Positions 36,489-47,277 of a stretch of 64,000 nucleotides of DNA are shown here, piece by piece (positions within the stretch are counted from its first letter, which is position 1; the number at the start of each line of letters is the position of its first letter). The notes under the pieces are model-generated. The model searched no databases, had not been told where the DNA came from, and saw only the letters and a list, made by a program, of their open reading frames with translations. This DNA is from an uncultured Christensenella sp. (lineage in GTDB: Bacteria; Bacillota; Clostridia; Christensenellales; Borkfalkiaceae), in the NCBI GenBank assembly GCA_910587015.1, contig CAJUME010000003.1, forward strand, positions 4,386 to 68,385, read 5' to 3'. The translations under genes were made by a program, and so were the position numbers.

Positions 36489-37352
36489 ATGAAAATTTCC
36501 GCAATAGATATCGGTTCCAATTCCGTCCGCCTTGCACTTGTGTCGGACGGAAAAACTTTATATAAGCGTATCCGGACAACCCGTTTGGGTGAGGGGCTGT
36601 CCTTTTCAGGCGTAATGAAGGACGGGGCAATCGAGCGCACCGCGCTTGCCGTTGCCGATTTTGTCAATTGCGCAAAAGCCGAAAAAGCGGACAAGCTGTA
36701 TGCTTTTGCCACCGCCGCCGTGCGTTCAGCGGGCAACAGTCAGACCTTTATTAACCGCGTAAAACAGCTTTGCGGCGTTGACGTAGACGTAATAAGCGGC
36801 GAAACCGAGGCAAAAATAGGTATTTTGGGCGCGCTCGGCAATAACGACGGAGGAATAATCGACGTAGGCGGCGCGAGTACGGAGGTTGCCGTCTGCGCGG
36901 GAGGGAAAACAGTTTATTCAAAGAGCGTAAACGTTGGTACTGTGCGCCTTTTCGATATTGCCGCGCGCAACAAGCAACAGCTTTTGCGGATAATTGCAGA
37001 AAAGACGGAAGAATACGGAGAATTTTCGGCGGAAAACGTTAACGTATGCGCAATCGGCGGCACGGCAACAAGGCTTGCCGCAATCAAGCACAGGCTTTTG
37101 CGGTACACGCCGGAGGTTACCGACGGTACGCAGTTCACAGTTGGCGAGCTTGAAAAATACGCCGATGCGCTTCTTTCAACGCCGGTGGAAATAATCCGCG
37201 CAAACACTATATGCACAGCATCGGCAGAGGTTATAGGCGGCGGCTGTCTGTTGCTTGACGAAATTATGAAAAAGCTTAAAATAAAAAGCCTTACCGTATC
37301 CGAAAGCGACAATTTAGAGGGCTATATAATTTACAAAGAGGGCGCGCTATGA
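36489..37352 (+). CDS. Ppx/GppA family phosphatase
   Basis: ..ISAIDIGSNSVRLAL.. and ..GIIDVGGASTEV.. ASKHA-fold phosphate motifs. Confidence 0.75.
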   Translation: MKISAIDIGSNSVRLALVSDGKTLYKRIRTTRLGEGLSFSGVMKDGAIERTALAVADFVNCAKAEKADKLYAFATAAVRSAGNSQTFINRVKQLCGVDVDVISGETEAKIGILGALGNNDGGIIDVGGASTEVAVCAGGKTVYSKSVNVGTVRLFDIAARNKQQLLRIIAEKTEEYGEFSAENVNVCAIGGTATRLAAIKHRLLRYTPEVTDGTQFTVGELEKYADALLSTPVEIIRANTICTASAEVIGGGCLLLDEIMKKLKIKSLTVSESDNLEGYIIYKEGAL

Positions 37353-38062
37353 AAAAGCTTACAATAGCCCTTGCCACAGTGTTAGCTGTGCTGTTTGCGG
37401 GGCTTTTAGTCTGGGTTTTCTGGCTTGAATACAATTTGTACGCACTTGCCGTGTATGCGGCAATGATATTGGCTTTACCGTTTTCAAGTCTTATGCACGA
37501 GCTGGGGCATATGCTTTTCGGCGCAATTTGCAAAATAAAAGCCGTACCCAAATTTAAGCTTTTCGGCTCGTCAAGCTGTAAACTAATTCCCAAAACGGAC
37601 AAAAAGCTGAAATGGCGGCTAATATTTACAGCATACGGCGGGCTTGTAATAAATGCGTTTTTATTTATTTTGGGAATTGTCGCACTGGCAACAAACGATG
37701 TTCCCGTATGGCTTGCGTTGTTTATTCCGTCAAACGTGTATCTTTATATAATTAACGCTATGCCGGTGCAGTTTGACAGTGGAAAGACGGACGGACTTAT
37801 CGGTTCGGAGCTTATAAACCAAGCCGACAGCGCAAAGGTTATGCTTGCCGTGCTGACGGTGCAGGCGCAGGTTCTTAAAGGAAAACCAATCGCAGAGGTT
37901 GACGAACAGCTTCTTTTCGGCGTTCCGCAGATTATCGAAAGCGATGAAAGCTTTATAGCTCTGACGGAACTCAGATACGAATATTTCAAAGCCAAGGGCG
38001 AAACTGCGCAAGCGGAAAAATACAAGGCAAGGTTTGAAGAGCTTAAAAAAGAATATATGTAA
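37349..38062 (+). CDS. Site-2-protease-like (M50/SpoIVFB-like) intramembrane metalloprotease
   Basis: HELGH inside a TM segment and a downstream NAMPVQFDSGKTDG (NxxPxxxxDG-type) motif. Multiple TM helices. Confidence 0.55.
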   Translation: MKKLTIALATVLAVLFAGLLVWVFWLEYNLYALAVYAAMILALPFSSLMHELGHMLFGAICKIKAVPKFKLFGSSSCKLIPKTDKKLKWRLIFTAYGGLVINAFLFILGIVALATNDVPVWLALFIPSNVYLYIINAMPVQFDSGKTDGLIGSELINQADSAKVMLAVLTVQAQVLKGKPIAEVDEQLLFGVPQIIESDESFIALTELRYEYFKAKGETAQAEKYKARFEELKKEYM

Positions 38063-38069
38063 ATATAAC

Positions 38070-38102
38070 GCTGTGGGCGGTGCTTTAAGCACCGCCCACA
38101 GC
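38070..38102. terminator. Bidirectional terminator hairpin
   Basis: GCTGTGGGCGGTGCTT / AAGCACCGCCCACAGC, 16-bp arms. Confidence 0.65.
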
Positions 38103-38109
38103 TTATTAA

Positions 38110-38292
38110 TCAGCTTATTCTGTAAAGCCTTCCAAAGCAGTGCGGGCAAACCCGTCCCCACAATTCCGCCTTTACCTTGCACACATGGTTGCCGCAGCTT
38201 CCGCACTCGAAAAACTCTTCAAAATCCGTAAAATTCTTGTCTTCCCCGCAATTGAAATTATTCATAAAACAAGTATGCAAATTTATAAGCAT
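38110..38292 (-). CDS. Small zinc-ribbon protein (hypothetical)
   Basis: CGSCGNH..CPHC pairs near the C-terminus. No SD. Start uncertain. Confidence 0.4.
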   Translation of the reverse strand: MLINLHTCFMNNFNCGEDKNFTDFEEFFECGSCGNHVCKVKAELWGRVCPHCFGRLYRIS

Positions 38293-38326
38293 TTAATACA
38301 AAAACCGAAAAAATCAATTCAAGGGC

Positions 38327-38355
38327 TTTACTTTGATTATATAATATGGTATAAT
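38327..38355 (+). promoter_or_regulatory. Candidate gyrB promoter
   Basis: TTTACT (38327-38332) - 17 nt - TGg-TATAAT (38350-38355). Confidence 0.5.
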
Positions 38356-38402
38356 AAAACAAAGCTTCAAGCATTGAAAAATTTCTTCAAAGAGGTACAT
38401 TT

Positions 38403-40331
38403 ATGCCCCATAAAACCGAAGGCAATTACGACGCGAATTCCCTGCGCGCCCTCAAAGGGTTAGAGCCGGTGCGCGAGCACCCCGGTATGTATATCGGCCC
38501 TACCGATGAAAAGGGTCTGCACTGCCTTGTAAGAGAGGTTATCGACAACTCAATAGACGAAGCGCTTGCAGGCTATTGCGATACTATCAACGTGGTCATA
38601 ACCGAGGACGGCTCCTGCTCCGTTCGGGACAACGGCCGCGGCATTCCCACGGGAATTAACAGCGAGGAGGGTATAAGCGGAGTAGAGCTTGCGCTTACAA
38701 ACCTCAACGCGGGCGGTAAATTCGGCGGCGGCAACAAGGCGGGCGGTTACAAAATTTCTTCCGGTCTGCACGGCGTGGGCGTTTCATGCGTCAACGCGCT
38801 TTCCGATACGCTTATTGCAGAGGTCTGCCAGAACGGTCATATCCACCGTCAGGTCTACCATTGCGGAATTCCCGAAGAGCCGCTTAAAATTGTCGGCGAT
38901 ACCGAGGCTACGGGTACGACCATAACCTTTCACCCCGACGCAACCATTCTCGAAACGGTTGACTTCAATTACGATACCTTAAAAACCCTTTTAAGAGAGC
39001 TTTCCTATCTTAATAAAGGCTTAACGCTCACTCTTTCCGACTTCCGCGGCGAGAAGGAACGTCACGACAGCTTCTGCTACGAGGGCGGTGTCGTTCACTT
39101 TATCGAGGACATAAACAAGGGCAAGCAAACGCTGTTTGAAAGGCCCGTCTACTTCGAGGACAGCGAGGGCGACGATAAATTTCTCGAAATTGCAATCCAG
39201 TATAACGACAGCTATTCGGAACAGATTTTTCCCTTCTCCAACAATATCCGTCAGCCCGACGGCGGCACTCACCTCGACGGCTTTAAAGCGGCTTTGACTA
39301 AGGTAATAAACGATGCGGGCAGAAGACTGAACATCTTAAAGGACAGCGAAAAGCTTTCCGGCGATGACGTGCGCGAGGGTATAACCGCGGTCGTTTCGGT
39401 AAAAATCGCAGACGCGCAGTACGAAAGCCAGACAAAATCAAAGCTTTGCTCCACATATGTAAGGGGCTTTGTGCAGAAGGCGGTAACCGAAAAATTCGGC
39501 ACCTACCTTGAAGAGCACCCCACCGAAACGCGGGAGCTGATTATGCGCTGTATCACAGCTCAAAGGGCAAGGGAGGCGGCAAGGCTCGCCCGCGAGGAAA
39601 CTCACCGCAAGGGCGTTTTCGAAAGCGCCAAGCTCCCCGGCAAGCTTGCGGACTGCTCCGACAAGCGTCCCGAGCTGTGCGAAATTTATATTGTCGAGGG
39701 CGACAGCGCGGGCGGCACGGCAAAGCAAGGCCGCGACAGACGCTTTCAGGCAATATTACCGCTCAGGGGCAAAATTCTCAACGTTGAAAAGGTACGCATA
39801 AACCGCGCGCTCGAAAACGAGGAAATCAAAGCCATGATTACCGCATTCGGCTGCGGAATGCTTGAAAACTTCGATGAAAGCAAGCTGCGCTACGACAGAA
39901 TTATAATAATGACCGATGCGGACGTGGACGGCTCGCATATAAGAATACTGCTTTTAACCTTCTTTTACCGCTATATGCGCCCGCTTGTGGAAAACGGCCA
40001 CGTTTACGCGGCTCAGCCGCCCCTCTACAAGGTGGTGGGCAAGGGCGTGCCCGAGGACACCTATCTTTACGATGATAAGGCGCTTGAAGAATTCAGAAAA
40101 TCGTTTGACGGCAAATTCACCCTCCAACGCTTTAAGGGACTTGGTGAAATGGACAAGGAACAGCTGTGGAATACCACAATGGACCCCGCCCGCCGCACGC
40201 TTGTAAGAATAAGCGTAGAGGACGCGGTTGAAGCCGACAGACTTTTCTCGCTTTTAATGGGCGACCAGCCCGAGCTGCGCAGACAGTTTATAGAAGAAAA
40301 CGCAAAGCTTGTCGAAGAGCTGGATATTTAA
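38403..40331 (+). CDS. gyrB: DNA gyrase subunit B
   Basis: ..LEPVREHPGMYIG.., GHKL ATPase, Toprim ..EIYIVEGDSAGG.., ..PLRGKILNVE... Confidence 0.95.
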   Translation: MPHKTEGNYDANSLRALKGLEPVREHPGMYIGPTDEKGLHCLVREVIDNSIDEALAGYCDTINVVITEDGSCSVRDNGRGIPTGINSEEGISGVELALTNLNAGGKFGGGNKAGGYKISSGLHGVGVSCVNALSDTLIAEVCQNGHIHRQVYHCGIPEEPLKIVGDTEATGTTITFHPDATILETVDFNYDTLKTLLRELSYLNKGLTLTLSDFRGEKERHDSFCYEGGVVHFIEDINKGKQTLFERPVYFEDSEGDDKFLEIAIQYNDSYSEQIFPFSNNIRQPDGGTHLDGFKAALTKVINDAGRRLNILKDSEKLSGDDVREGITAVVSVKIADAQYESQTKSKLCSTYVRGFVQKAVTEKFGTYLEEHPTETRELIMRCITAQRAREAARLAREETHRKGVFESAKLPGKLADCSDKRPELCEIYIVEGDSAGGTAKQGRDRRFQAILPLRGKILNVEKVRINRALENEEIKAMITAFGCGMLENFDESKLRYDRIIIMTDADVDGSHIRILLLTFFYRYMRPLVENGHVYAAQPPLYKVVGKGVPEDTYLYDDKALEEFRKSFDGKFTLQRFKGLGEMDKEQLWNTTMDPARRTLVRISVEDAVEADRLFSLLMGDQPELRRQFIEENAKLVEELDI

Positions 40332-40345
40332 GGAGAGCTTAAAAA

Positions 40346-42922
40346 ATGGCTAAATCAAAGAAAGAAACCAGTCCCGAGCTGACTGAAGAATTCAAGCGCA
40401 CGCTTGAAATGACAAAGCTCCTTGACAGAGAGGTTGACGAAGAGCTTAAAAAATCGTTTATAGCCTATGCAATGGCGGTCAACGTATCCCGCGCAATACC
40501 GGACGTTAGGGACGGCTTAAAGCCCGTACACCGTAGAATACTCTATTCCATGCACGAGTTAGGCTTGTATAACGACAAGCCCTTCCGTAAATGCGCGCGT
40601 ATCGTCGGTGATTGTATGGGTAAATATCACCCCCACGGCGACAGCTCGGTTTACGATGCGCTGGTCAGACTTGCGCAGGACTTTTCAATCAACTTTCCTC
40701 TTGTGGAAGGTCACGGCAACTTCGGCTCGGTCGACGGCGACCCCGCCGCGGCAATGCGTTATACCGAGGCAAGGCTTTCCAAGCTTTCTGCGGAAATGCT
40801 CCGCGACCTCGATAAGGAAACTATCGACTTTTATCCCACCTTCGATGATACGGGCATGCAGCCCTCCGTTTTGCCCTCGCGCTTTCCCAACCTCCTTGTA
40901 AACGGTTCGGACGGCATAGCGGTAGGTATGGCAACCAACATTCCACCGCACAACCTCGGCGAGTGTATTGATGGCGTTATTGCTTTAATCGAAAATCCCG
41001 ATATAGACGTTGACGGGCTTATGGAATACATCACCGCCCCCGACTTCCCTACGGGCGCGCTGATAATGGGCAGAAGCGGCATTAAAAAGGCGTACAGAAC
41101 GGGCAGAGGCAGCATAATTATCCGCTCCCGTTGCGAGATTGAGGAATACCAAAGCGGCAACCAGACGCGCACGCGCATAATCGTTACCGAAATTCCCTAT
41201 CAGGTTAACAAGGCAAAGCTGATTGAAAGCATTGCGGACCTTGTTAAAAACAAGCGCATAGACGGCATTGCCGACATACGCGAGGAGTCCGACCGCGACG
41301 GTATGCGTATCGTTGTGGAAATAAAAAAAGACGCAAACGCGCAGGTCGTTTTGAATCTGCTTTACAAATACACAAATTTGCAGGTTTCCGACGGTATTAT
41401 AATGCTTGCGCTGGTAGACGGCACGCCTAAGATTTTAAACCTTAAAGAGTGCCTTTATTACTACCTCGAACACCAGAAGGAGGTTATCGTCCGCCGCACA
41501 AAGTACGATTTGAATAAGGCGGAGGACAACGCCCACGTTTTGCGCGGACTTGTAATCGCTCAGGCAAGCATTAACGAGGTTGTAGAGGTCTGCAAAAACG
41601 CCAAGGACAAGAGCGACTGCGTGCAAAAGCTTACTCAAAATTTCGCGCTTGACGAAAGGCAGGCGACCGCCGTTGCAGAGCTCAGGCTTTTCAGAATATC
41701 CCATCTCGAGGTCGATAAGCTCAACAGCGAGCTTGCCGCATTAGAGGCGCAGATAGCAGACTTTAAGGACATACTCGCAAACGAGAGCAGAGTTCTCGAC
41801 ATTATCAAAACCGATTTGCTTGAAATCAAGCGCAAATACCCCTCCGAAAGACGTACTGAAATTTCCGTCGATTTCAGCGGCGATATAGAGGATGCAGACC
41901 TTATCCCCGTAGAGCAGGTTGTTGTATCAATGACGCATACGGGCTACGTCAAGCGCCTTCCCGTTGCCGAATACCGCGCGCAGCACCGCGGCGGCAAGGG
42001 TATAACGGGACATAAACCCAAGGAAGAGGACTTTGTGGAAAAGATGTTCGTATGCTCCTCGCATGACGATTTGCTTCTGTTCTCTACCTACGGCAAGGTA
42101 TACCGCATAAAGGCGTTCGAAATTCCCGAGGCGGCAAGAACAGCCCGCGGCAGAGCAATGGTTAACCTTGTCCAGATTGCACAGGACGAAAAGGTAACAA
42201 ACATAATTCCCGTACCCGAGGGCGCACAGGGCTATATAGCCTTTGCAACCAAAAACGGACTTATCAAAAAGACAAAGATAGAAGAATTCGAAAGAATTAA
42301 CCGTAACGGCAAAATAGCAATTAAGCTGAACGAGGGCGACGGGCTTATTTCCGTACAGTTCACAACGGGCAGTAACGAGCTTATGATAGCCTCCCGCGCG
42401 GGCAAGTGTATCCGCTTTGACGAGAGTAACGTGCGCTCTATGGGCAGAGATACTGCGGGCGTGCGCGCAATGAAGCTTGACGGCGAGGACGATGCGCTTG
42501 TCGATTTGCTTGTCGTGGACGAAAATAAGGACGTGCTGACTGTAACTGCCAACGGCTTCGGCAAACGCAGTAAGATAGAAGATTACCGCGTTCAAGGCAG
42601 AGCAGGCAAGGGCATTAAGGCGGGAACCTTTAACGAGGTAACGGGTGCGCTTGTAAACCTCAAGCAAGTCACTCCCGAAGAGGACGATATAATGCTTATT
42701 TCAGACGGCGGCACGCTGATTAGAATGCACTGCTCGGATATCTCAAAATTCGGCAGAGCCTCGCGCGGGGTGCGCTTAATGCGCCTTAGGGACGGCGCCG
42801 TTGCAACGGTCGCTATAACCGAGCGCGACGAAGACGCGGAAGCGGTAGCTCCCGAAGAAACCGCCGCAGACGTAACCGAAGCTGAAGCCGCAGACGATAA
42901 CGAAAGCAACAGCGAAGAATAA
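40346..42922 (+). CDS. gyrA: DNA gyrase subunit A
   Basis: ..[18 protein letters not shown].., ..[19 protein letters not shown].., active-site region AAMRYTE, C-terminal beta-pinwheel, acidic tail. Confidence 0.95.
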   Translation: MAKSKKETSPELTEEFKRTLEMTKLLDREVDEELKKSFIAYAMAVNVSRAIPDVRDGLKPVHRRILYSMHELGLYNDKPFRKCARIVGDCMGKYHPHGDSSVYDALVRLAQDFSINFPLVEGHGNFGSVDGDPAAAMRYTEARLSKLSAEMLRDLDKETIDFYPTFDDTGMQPSVLPSRFPNLLVNGSDGIAVGMATNIPPHNLGECIDGVIALIENPDIDVDGLMEYITAPDFPTGALIMGRSGIKKAYRTGRGSIIIRSRCEIEEYQSGNQTRTRIIVTEIPYQVNKAKLIESIADLVKNKRIDGIADIREESDRDGMRIVVEIKKDANAQVVLNLLYKYTNLQVSDGIIMLALVDGTPKILNLKECLYYYLEHQKEVIVRRTKYDLNKAEDNAHVLRGLVIAQASINEVVEVCKNAKDKSDCVQKLTQNFALDERQATAVAELRLFRISHLEVDKLNSELAALEAQIADFKDILANESRVLDIIKTDLLEIKRKYPSERRTEISVDFSGDIEDADLIPVEQVVVSMTHTGYVKRLPVAEYRAQHRGGKGITGHKPKEEDFVEKMFVCSSHDDLLLFSTYGKVYRIKAFEIPEAARTARGRAMVNLVQIAQDEKVTNIIPVPEGAQGYIAFATKNGLIKKTKIEEFERINRNGKIAIKLNEGDGLISVQFTTGSNELMIASRAGKCIRFDESNVRSMGRDTAGVRAMKLDGEDDALVDLLVVDENKDVLTVTANGFGKRSKIEDYRVQGRAGKGIKAGTFNEVTGALVNLKQVTPEEDDIMLISDGGTLIRMHCSDISKFGRASRGVRLMRLRDGAVATVAITERDEDAEAVAPEETAADVTEAEAADDNESNSEE

Positions 42923-42930
42923 TGCAAATC

Positions 42931-42966
42931 AAAAGCCCCGTGCGCTTTAAAGCGCACGGGGCTTTT
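42931..42966. terminator. Bidirectional terminator
   Basis: AAAAGCCCCGTGCGCTTT / AAAGCGCACGGGGCTTTT. Confidence 0.85.
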
Positions 42967-42979
42967 TTAATATCTAAAC

Positions 42980-45802
42980 TTATTTAATTGCCTTGGCGGA
43001 CTTCTTGCCCGTCGGCATAATAACCTGCATCAGCTTTATCAGCCAGCCGGAAAGCGGGAAGGCGGCCTCTATAACCACAACAATCGTCAGTATCTGTCCG
43101 TAATCCCATTTCAGCTCGCTCCAGCCCTCGAACAGCATATCGTTGATAATGGCAACGGGCAGCGTTGTTATATACAGCGCAAGCATACATATCGTCAGCA
43201 CAGACAAGCACAAAACTATACGGTAGGCGTTGAAGGGCTGACACAGTCGGAACACCATAACAAATCCCGAGAACGTAAGCGCAAGCATACACATTGCCAT
43301 ACGGTGTCTGTCATCGAACAATTCGGGGCTTATTTCCGTTGTCAGATACATCGCCATAACGCAGATAATCATAAGCAGCGCGCCAGATACGGCTCCGCTC
43401 ATAACGTGGGAAATAAACTTGCCCTGAACTCTGTCCTTGTTCGGCTGTAACGAAAGGAAGAACGAAGGAATACCTATAATCGCCGTTTCCAGCAAAAGCA
43501 TATTCGCGGGCATAAACAGATACGGCCTTGCCATACAAATGCAAATGGTCGCAAGTATGGCGGTAAATAATGTTTTCATTAAATACAGCGAGGACGAGTT
43601 CTGTATGTTGTTTATAACGCGTCTGCCCTCGGAAACTACCTTCGGCATAGACCCGAAGTTGTTGTCCATAAGCACAAGGTGGCTTACGTTTCTCGCCGCC
43701 TCGCTGCCGGAGGCAACCGAAATCGCGCAGTCTGCCTCTTTAAGCGCAAGTATATCGTTTACGCCATCGCCCGTCATTGCAACGGTATTGCCCTCGGCTT
43801 TAATCGAACGCACCAAAATAGCCTTCTGCTCGGGCGAAACTCTGCCGAAAACGGTGTACTTGTTGGCAACGTTTTCAACCTCTCTCTCGTTAAGTCCGTC
43901 TAAGGAAATAAACTTCTCCGCATGCGCTATACCCGCGCGCTTTGCAACCTCCGCAACGGTTACGGGATTATCGCCCGATATAACCTTTACGTTAACGTCG
44001 TTGTCCTTGAACCATTTAATGGTTTCTATTGCGTCCTCGCGCACGTTGTCCGCAATCGAAATTATCGCAACGGGCTTCATGACCGCGGGCAGCTTTTCAC
44101 CCGAGATAGAGGCGGAGGAGTGCGCCAAAACAATAACGCGCAAACCCATCTGCGCATACTGCTTTACAATTCTTTCAACCTTGGCGGGGCAGGGCTTCAA
44201 CACAAATTCGGGCGCGCCCATTGCAAAGGTGCCTATGTCGTCAAAGGTAACCGCAGAAAATTTCCTCTTGGAAGAGAACGGAATTTTTGCAATCGCCGAA
44301 TATTTTTCGCTGAACCCGAAGTGGTTATTAAGCGCAATCGAGGTCTGGTTGTTTCCGTCCAGCTCCCTCAGCATACTGCCCATAATATCGTTTATGGAGT
44401 GGTCGCCGACTGTGTTTAAAATTACCGTGTCGTTAACCTTCATTCTGCCGTCGGTTATCGTACCCGTCTTGTCAAGGCACAATACGTTTACGCGCGCAAG
44501 CATTTCAAGCGAATACATATCCTGCACAAGCGTGTTTGACTTTGCAAGCCTTATAATTCCCACGGCAAGCGCAAGCGAGGTCAGCAGAAGCATTCCCGAA
44601 GGTATCATTCCTATCACAACCGTGCAGGTGCGCTGAATTGCATAATTTATGTTTGCCGAAAAAATTCCCGCAAATACCGAAGCGTCGGTAAAGGTCGGGT
44701 CGGTGGGCGGCAAAGCCTTAACGCTTGCATAGGTGCGCAAAAACGTGCCTATCGCAATGGGGATAATAAGTATTGAAATACACTTAATTATCAGCTTTGT
44801 CGAGTTCATCAGCTCGGAATTGGGACGCTTGTATTTTTTCGCCTTTGAGGAAAGCTTTTCAAGATAGGTTTCCTTGCCGACCTTTTCAACGCGGAACTTA
44901 CCGTTGCCCGAGGAAATAAAACTTCCCGCATACAAAATATCGCCTATCTGCTTTTTTATGGCAATGGATTCGCCCGTCAAAAGGCTTTCGTTCACCTCAA
45001 CGGTGCCCTCGGCAAGTATACAGTCTGCGGGCACCTGATTGCCCATATCCAGAATAATTACGTCGTCTACAACAATTTCCTTAGTCGGAATTTCAATAGT
45101 TTCTCCGTCGCGTATCACCTTGACGGTATTAGACGACAGAATTGACAGCTTGTCGATAGCCAGCTTCGAGCGTATTTCCTGAACAATGCCTATAACTATG
45201 TTGGCGGTGGTTATAACTATTACAAGGTAGTTGGAAAACTTCTGCGTATTCGCAAGCAACAGCGCAATAAACGCAAGCAGACACAGCAGATTGAAGAAGG
45301 TGCAGATATTCCCGATAAAAATACTCGCGTAGGAGCGGGAGTACTTTTTGTTGGTATCGTTGAACAAAAACTGTTTGAAGCGCGTTTCAACCTGCTCGTT
45401 GCTCAAGCCCTTGTTAAGCTTGGGCGAAAAGCGCTCAACCTTGGTGTTTACCGTCTTTTTGGGGTGCCGCTTAAAGTATTTTACTATTTTTTCCTTATCG
45501 AAGGCGCTTGCCTCGGGCTTTTCCTCCTGCGCGCTCGGCGGCGCGGGCTTGGGCTCGTCGCCGGGGAACAACGCAATCTGTACGGGCTCGGCGCTGACCG
45601 GGGCGGTTTCCTCCACAGCCTCGCGCACGGCTTCGCTTTGCTCTGCGGCAACGGCTGGCGCGCGCTTTGCGCCCCTTTCCGTTTTTGCGGCGGGCTTATC
45701 AGTTTTTACGCTCTTTTCCGTTGCGGCGGACTGTCCGTTCTGCGGTTCTTCGTCCGCAGGGTTGTTTTCGTTTCTTTTAAAAATTATCTTGCTCATATCC
45801 AA
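42980..45802 (-). CDS. Cation-translocating P-type ATPase (HAD-IC) with ~105-aa low-complexity N-terminal extension
   Basis: ..CLDKTGTITDG.., ..MTGDGVNDILALKEADCAI.., TGES loop (LTGESIA), ~10 TM helices. P/A/E-rich N-terminus (true start could be internal). Confidence 0.85.
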   Translation of the reverse strand: MDMSKIIFKRNENNPADEEPQNGQSAATEKSVKTDKPAAKTERGAKRAPAVAAEQSEAVREAVEETAPVSAEPVQIALFPGDEPKPAPPSAQEEKPEASAFDKEKIVKYFKRHPKKTVNTKVERFSPKLNKGLSNEQVETRFKQFLFNDTNKKYSRSYASIFIGNICTFFNLLCLLAFIALLLANTQKFSNYLVIVITTANIVIGIVQEIRSKLAIDKLSILSSNTVKVIRDGETIEIPTKEIVVDDVIILDMGNQVPADCILAEGTVEVNESLLTGESIAIKKQIGDILYAGSFISSGNGKFRVEKVGKETYLEKLSSKAKKYKRPNSELMNSTKLIIKCISILIIPIAIGTFLRTYASVKALPPTDPTFTDASVFAGIFSANINYAIQRTCTVVIGMIPSGMLLLTSLALAVGIIRLAKSNTLVQDMYSLEMLARVNVLCLDKTGTITDGRMKVNDTVILNTVGDHSINDIMGSMLRELDGNNQTSIALNNHFGFSEKYSAIAKIPFSSKRKFSAVTFDDIGTFAMGAPEFVLKPCPAKVERIVKQYAQMGLRVIVLAHSSASISGEKLPAVMKPVAIISIADNVREDAIETIKWFKDNDVNVKVISGDNPVTVAEVAKRAGIAHAEKFISLDGLNEREVENVANKYTVFGRVSPEQKAILVRSIKAEGNTVAMTGDGVNDILALKEADCAISVASGSEAARNVSHLVLMDNNFGSMPKVVSEGRRVINNIQNSSSLYLMKTLFTAILATICICMARPYLFMPANMLLLETAIIGIPSFFLSLQPNKDRVQGKFISHVMSGAVSGALLMIICVMAMYLTTEISPELFDDRHRMAMCMLALTFSGFVMVFRLCQPFNAYRIVLCLSVLTICMLALYITTLPVAIINDMLFEGWSELKWDYGQILTIVVVIEAAFPLSGWLIKLMQVIMPTGKKSAKAIK

Positions 45803-45879
45803 CCGATTAATAAAATTCTTTATCCATTATATTATATCACCAAAGTATATGTTTTTCAATATATTTTCGGATAATTTAA

Positions 45880-45908
45880 TTGCTTTTGACGTTTGTTTGC
45901 TATATAAT
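45880..45908 (+). promoter_or_regulatory. Candidate serS promoter
   Basis: TTGCTT (45880-45885) - 17 nt - TATAAT (45903-45908). Confidence 0.5.
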
Positions 45909-45933
45909 TTTATTGAAAAAGGAAGGTTTAGTA

Positions 45934-47226
45934 ATGATAGACATAAATTTAATCCGCGACAACCCCGAGCTGGTCAAAGCCAACATAAAAAAGAAGTTTC
46001 AGGACCATAAGCTTGTCCTTGTAGACGAGGTAATCGCGCTCGACAAGCAAAAGCGCGCGCTGCAGCAGGAGGGCGACAGCCTCCGCGCACAGCGCAACAC
46101 CCTCGCCAAGCAAATTGGCGCGCTAATGCGCGAGGGTAAAAAAGACGAGGCGGAAAAAATAAAGGAAATTTCCAAAGCCAACAACGACCGCGTCGCAATA
46201 ATAGAGGCGGAAACGGCAGAAATAGACGTAAAGCTTAAAAAGGCTATGATGTCTATCCCCAACATTATTGCGGACGACGTGCCTTTGGGCAAGGACGACA
46301 GCTGCAACGTGCAGGGCAAAGTATTTTTGACCCCCGCCGAAAAACCGTTCGAGGTGCCCTATCATCTCGATATTTTAGAAAGCTTAAACGGCATAGATTT
46401 AGACAGTGCAAGGCGCACAAGCGGCAACGGCTTTTACTACCTCACGGGCGATATAGCTCGTCTGCACTCCGCCGTCTTGTCGTACGCCCGCGATTTTATG
46501 ATTGACAAGGGCTTTACCTACTGCATTCCGCCCTATATGATTAGAAGCGAGGTCGTTTCCGGCGTCATGAGCTTCGAGGAAATGGAAGGTATGATGTACA
46601 AAATAGAGGGCGAGGATTTGTACCTTATAGGCACGTCGGAGCATTCCATGATAGGCAGATTTATGGGTCAAACGCTTTCGGAGGAAAATCTGCCGCAAAC
46701 GCTTACCTCGTATTCTCCCTGCTTCAGAAAGGAAAAGGGCGCCCACGGCTTGGAGGAGCGCGGAATTTACCGCATACACCAGTTCGAAAAGCAGGAAATG
46801 ATAGTAATCTGCAAGCCGGAGGACAGCGATATGTGGTACGAAAGGCTGTGGAATTACACGGTAGAGCTGTTTGTGTCAATGGAAATTCCCGTACGTCAGC
46901 TTATATGCTGTTCGGGCGATTTGGCGGATATGAAGTACAAGAGCTGCGATGTAGAGGCATGGAGCCCCCGTCAGAAGAAGTATTTCGAGGTCGGCAGCTG
47001 CTCCAACCTTACCGATGCGCAGGCAAGGCGCCTCGGTATAAGATATAAAAATTCAAAAACAGGCAGAAACGAGTTTGCGCACACGCTTAACAACACCGTT
47101 GTAGCTCCCCCCAGAATGCTTATCGCCTTCCTCGAAAACCATTTGCAGGCAGACGGCAGCGTCAATATCCCGCCTGTACTGCGCCCTTATATGGGCGGCA
47201 AGGAAAGGCTTGTACCCAAAAAATAA
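45934..47226 (+). CDS. serS: Serine--tRNA ligase
   Basis: MIDINLIRDNPELV.. coiled-coil arm, class II motifs (..FRKE.., ..HQFEKQE.., ..GSCSN..). AAGGAAGG SD before ATG 45934. Confidence 0.92.
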   Translation: MIDINLIRDNPELVKANIKKKFQDHKLVLVDEVIALDKQKRALQQEGDSLRAQRNTLAKQIGALMREGKKDEAEKIKEISKANNDRVAIIEAETAEIDVKLKKAMMSIPNIIADDVPLGKDDSCNVQGKVFLTPAEKPFEVPYHLDILESLNGIDLDSARRTSGNGFYYLTGDIARLHSAVLSYARDFMIDKGFTYCIPPYMIRSEVVSGVMSFEEMEGMMYKIEGEDLYLIGTSEHSMIGRFMGQTLSEENLPQTLTSYSPCFRKEKGAHGLEERGIYRIHQFEKQEMIVICKPEDSDMWYERLWNYTVELFVSMEIPVRQLICCSGDLADMKYKSCDVEAWSPRQKKYFEVGSCSNLTDAQARRLGIRYKNSKTGRNEFAHTLNNTVVAPPRMLIAFLENHLQADGSVNIPPVLRPYMGGKERLVPKK

Positions 47227-47236
47227 AGTTAATGTA

Positions 47237-47266
47237 AAGAGCGCGATTTTTATATCGCGCTCTTTT
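47237..47266 (+). terminator. Rho-independent terminator after serS
   Basis: AAAGAGCGCGAT..ATCGCGCTCTTTT. Confidence 0.8.
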
Positions 47267-47277
47267 AAGGTGATTTT

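Noticed and set aside
43437-44636. 399-aa plus-strand ORF antisense to the P-type ATPase
   Set aside because: Same reasoning. The minus-strand product carries all the P-type ATPase motifs (DKTGT, TGES, GDGxND). The plus-strand translation is S/T/I-rich and featureless.
45803-45933. T-box leader upstream of serS
   Set aside because: The intergenic region is only 131 bp and shared with a divergent gene. The candidate promoter leaves about 25 nt of leader. There is no T-box sequence or terminator/antiterminator.
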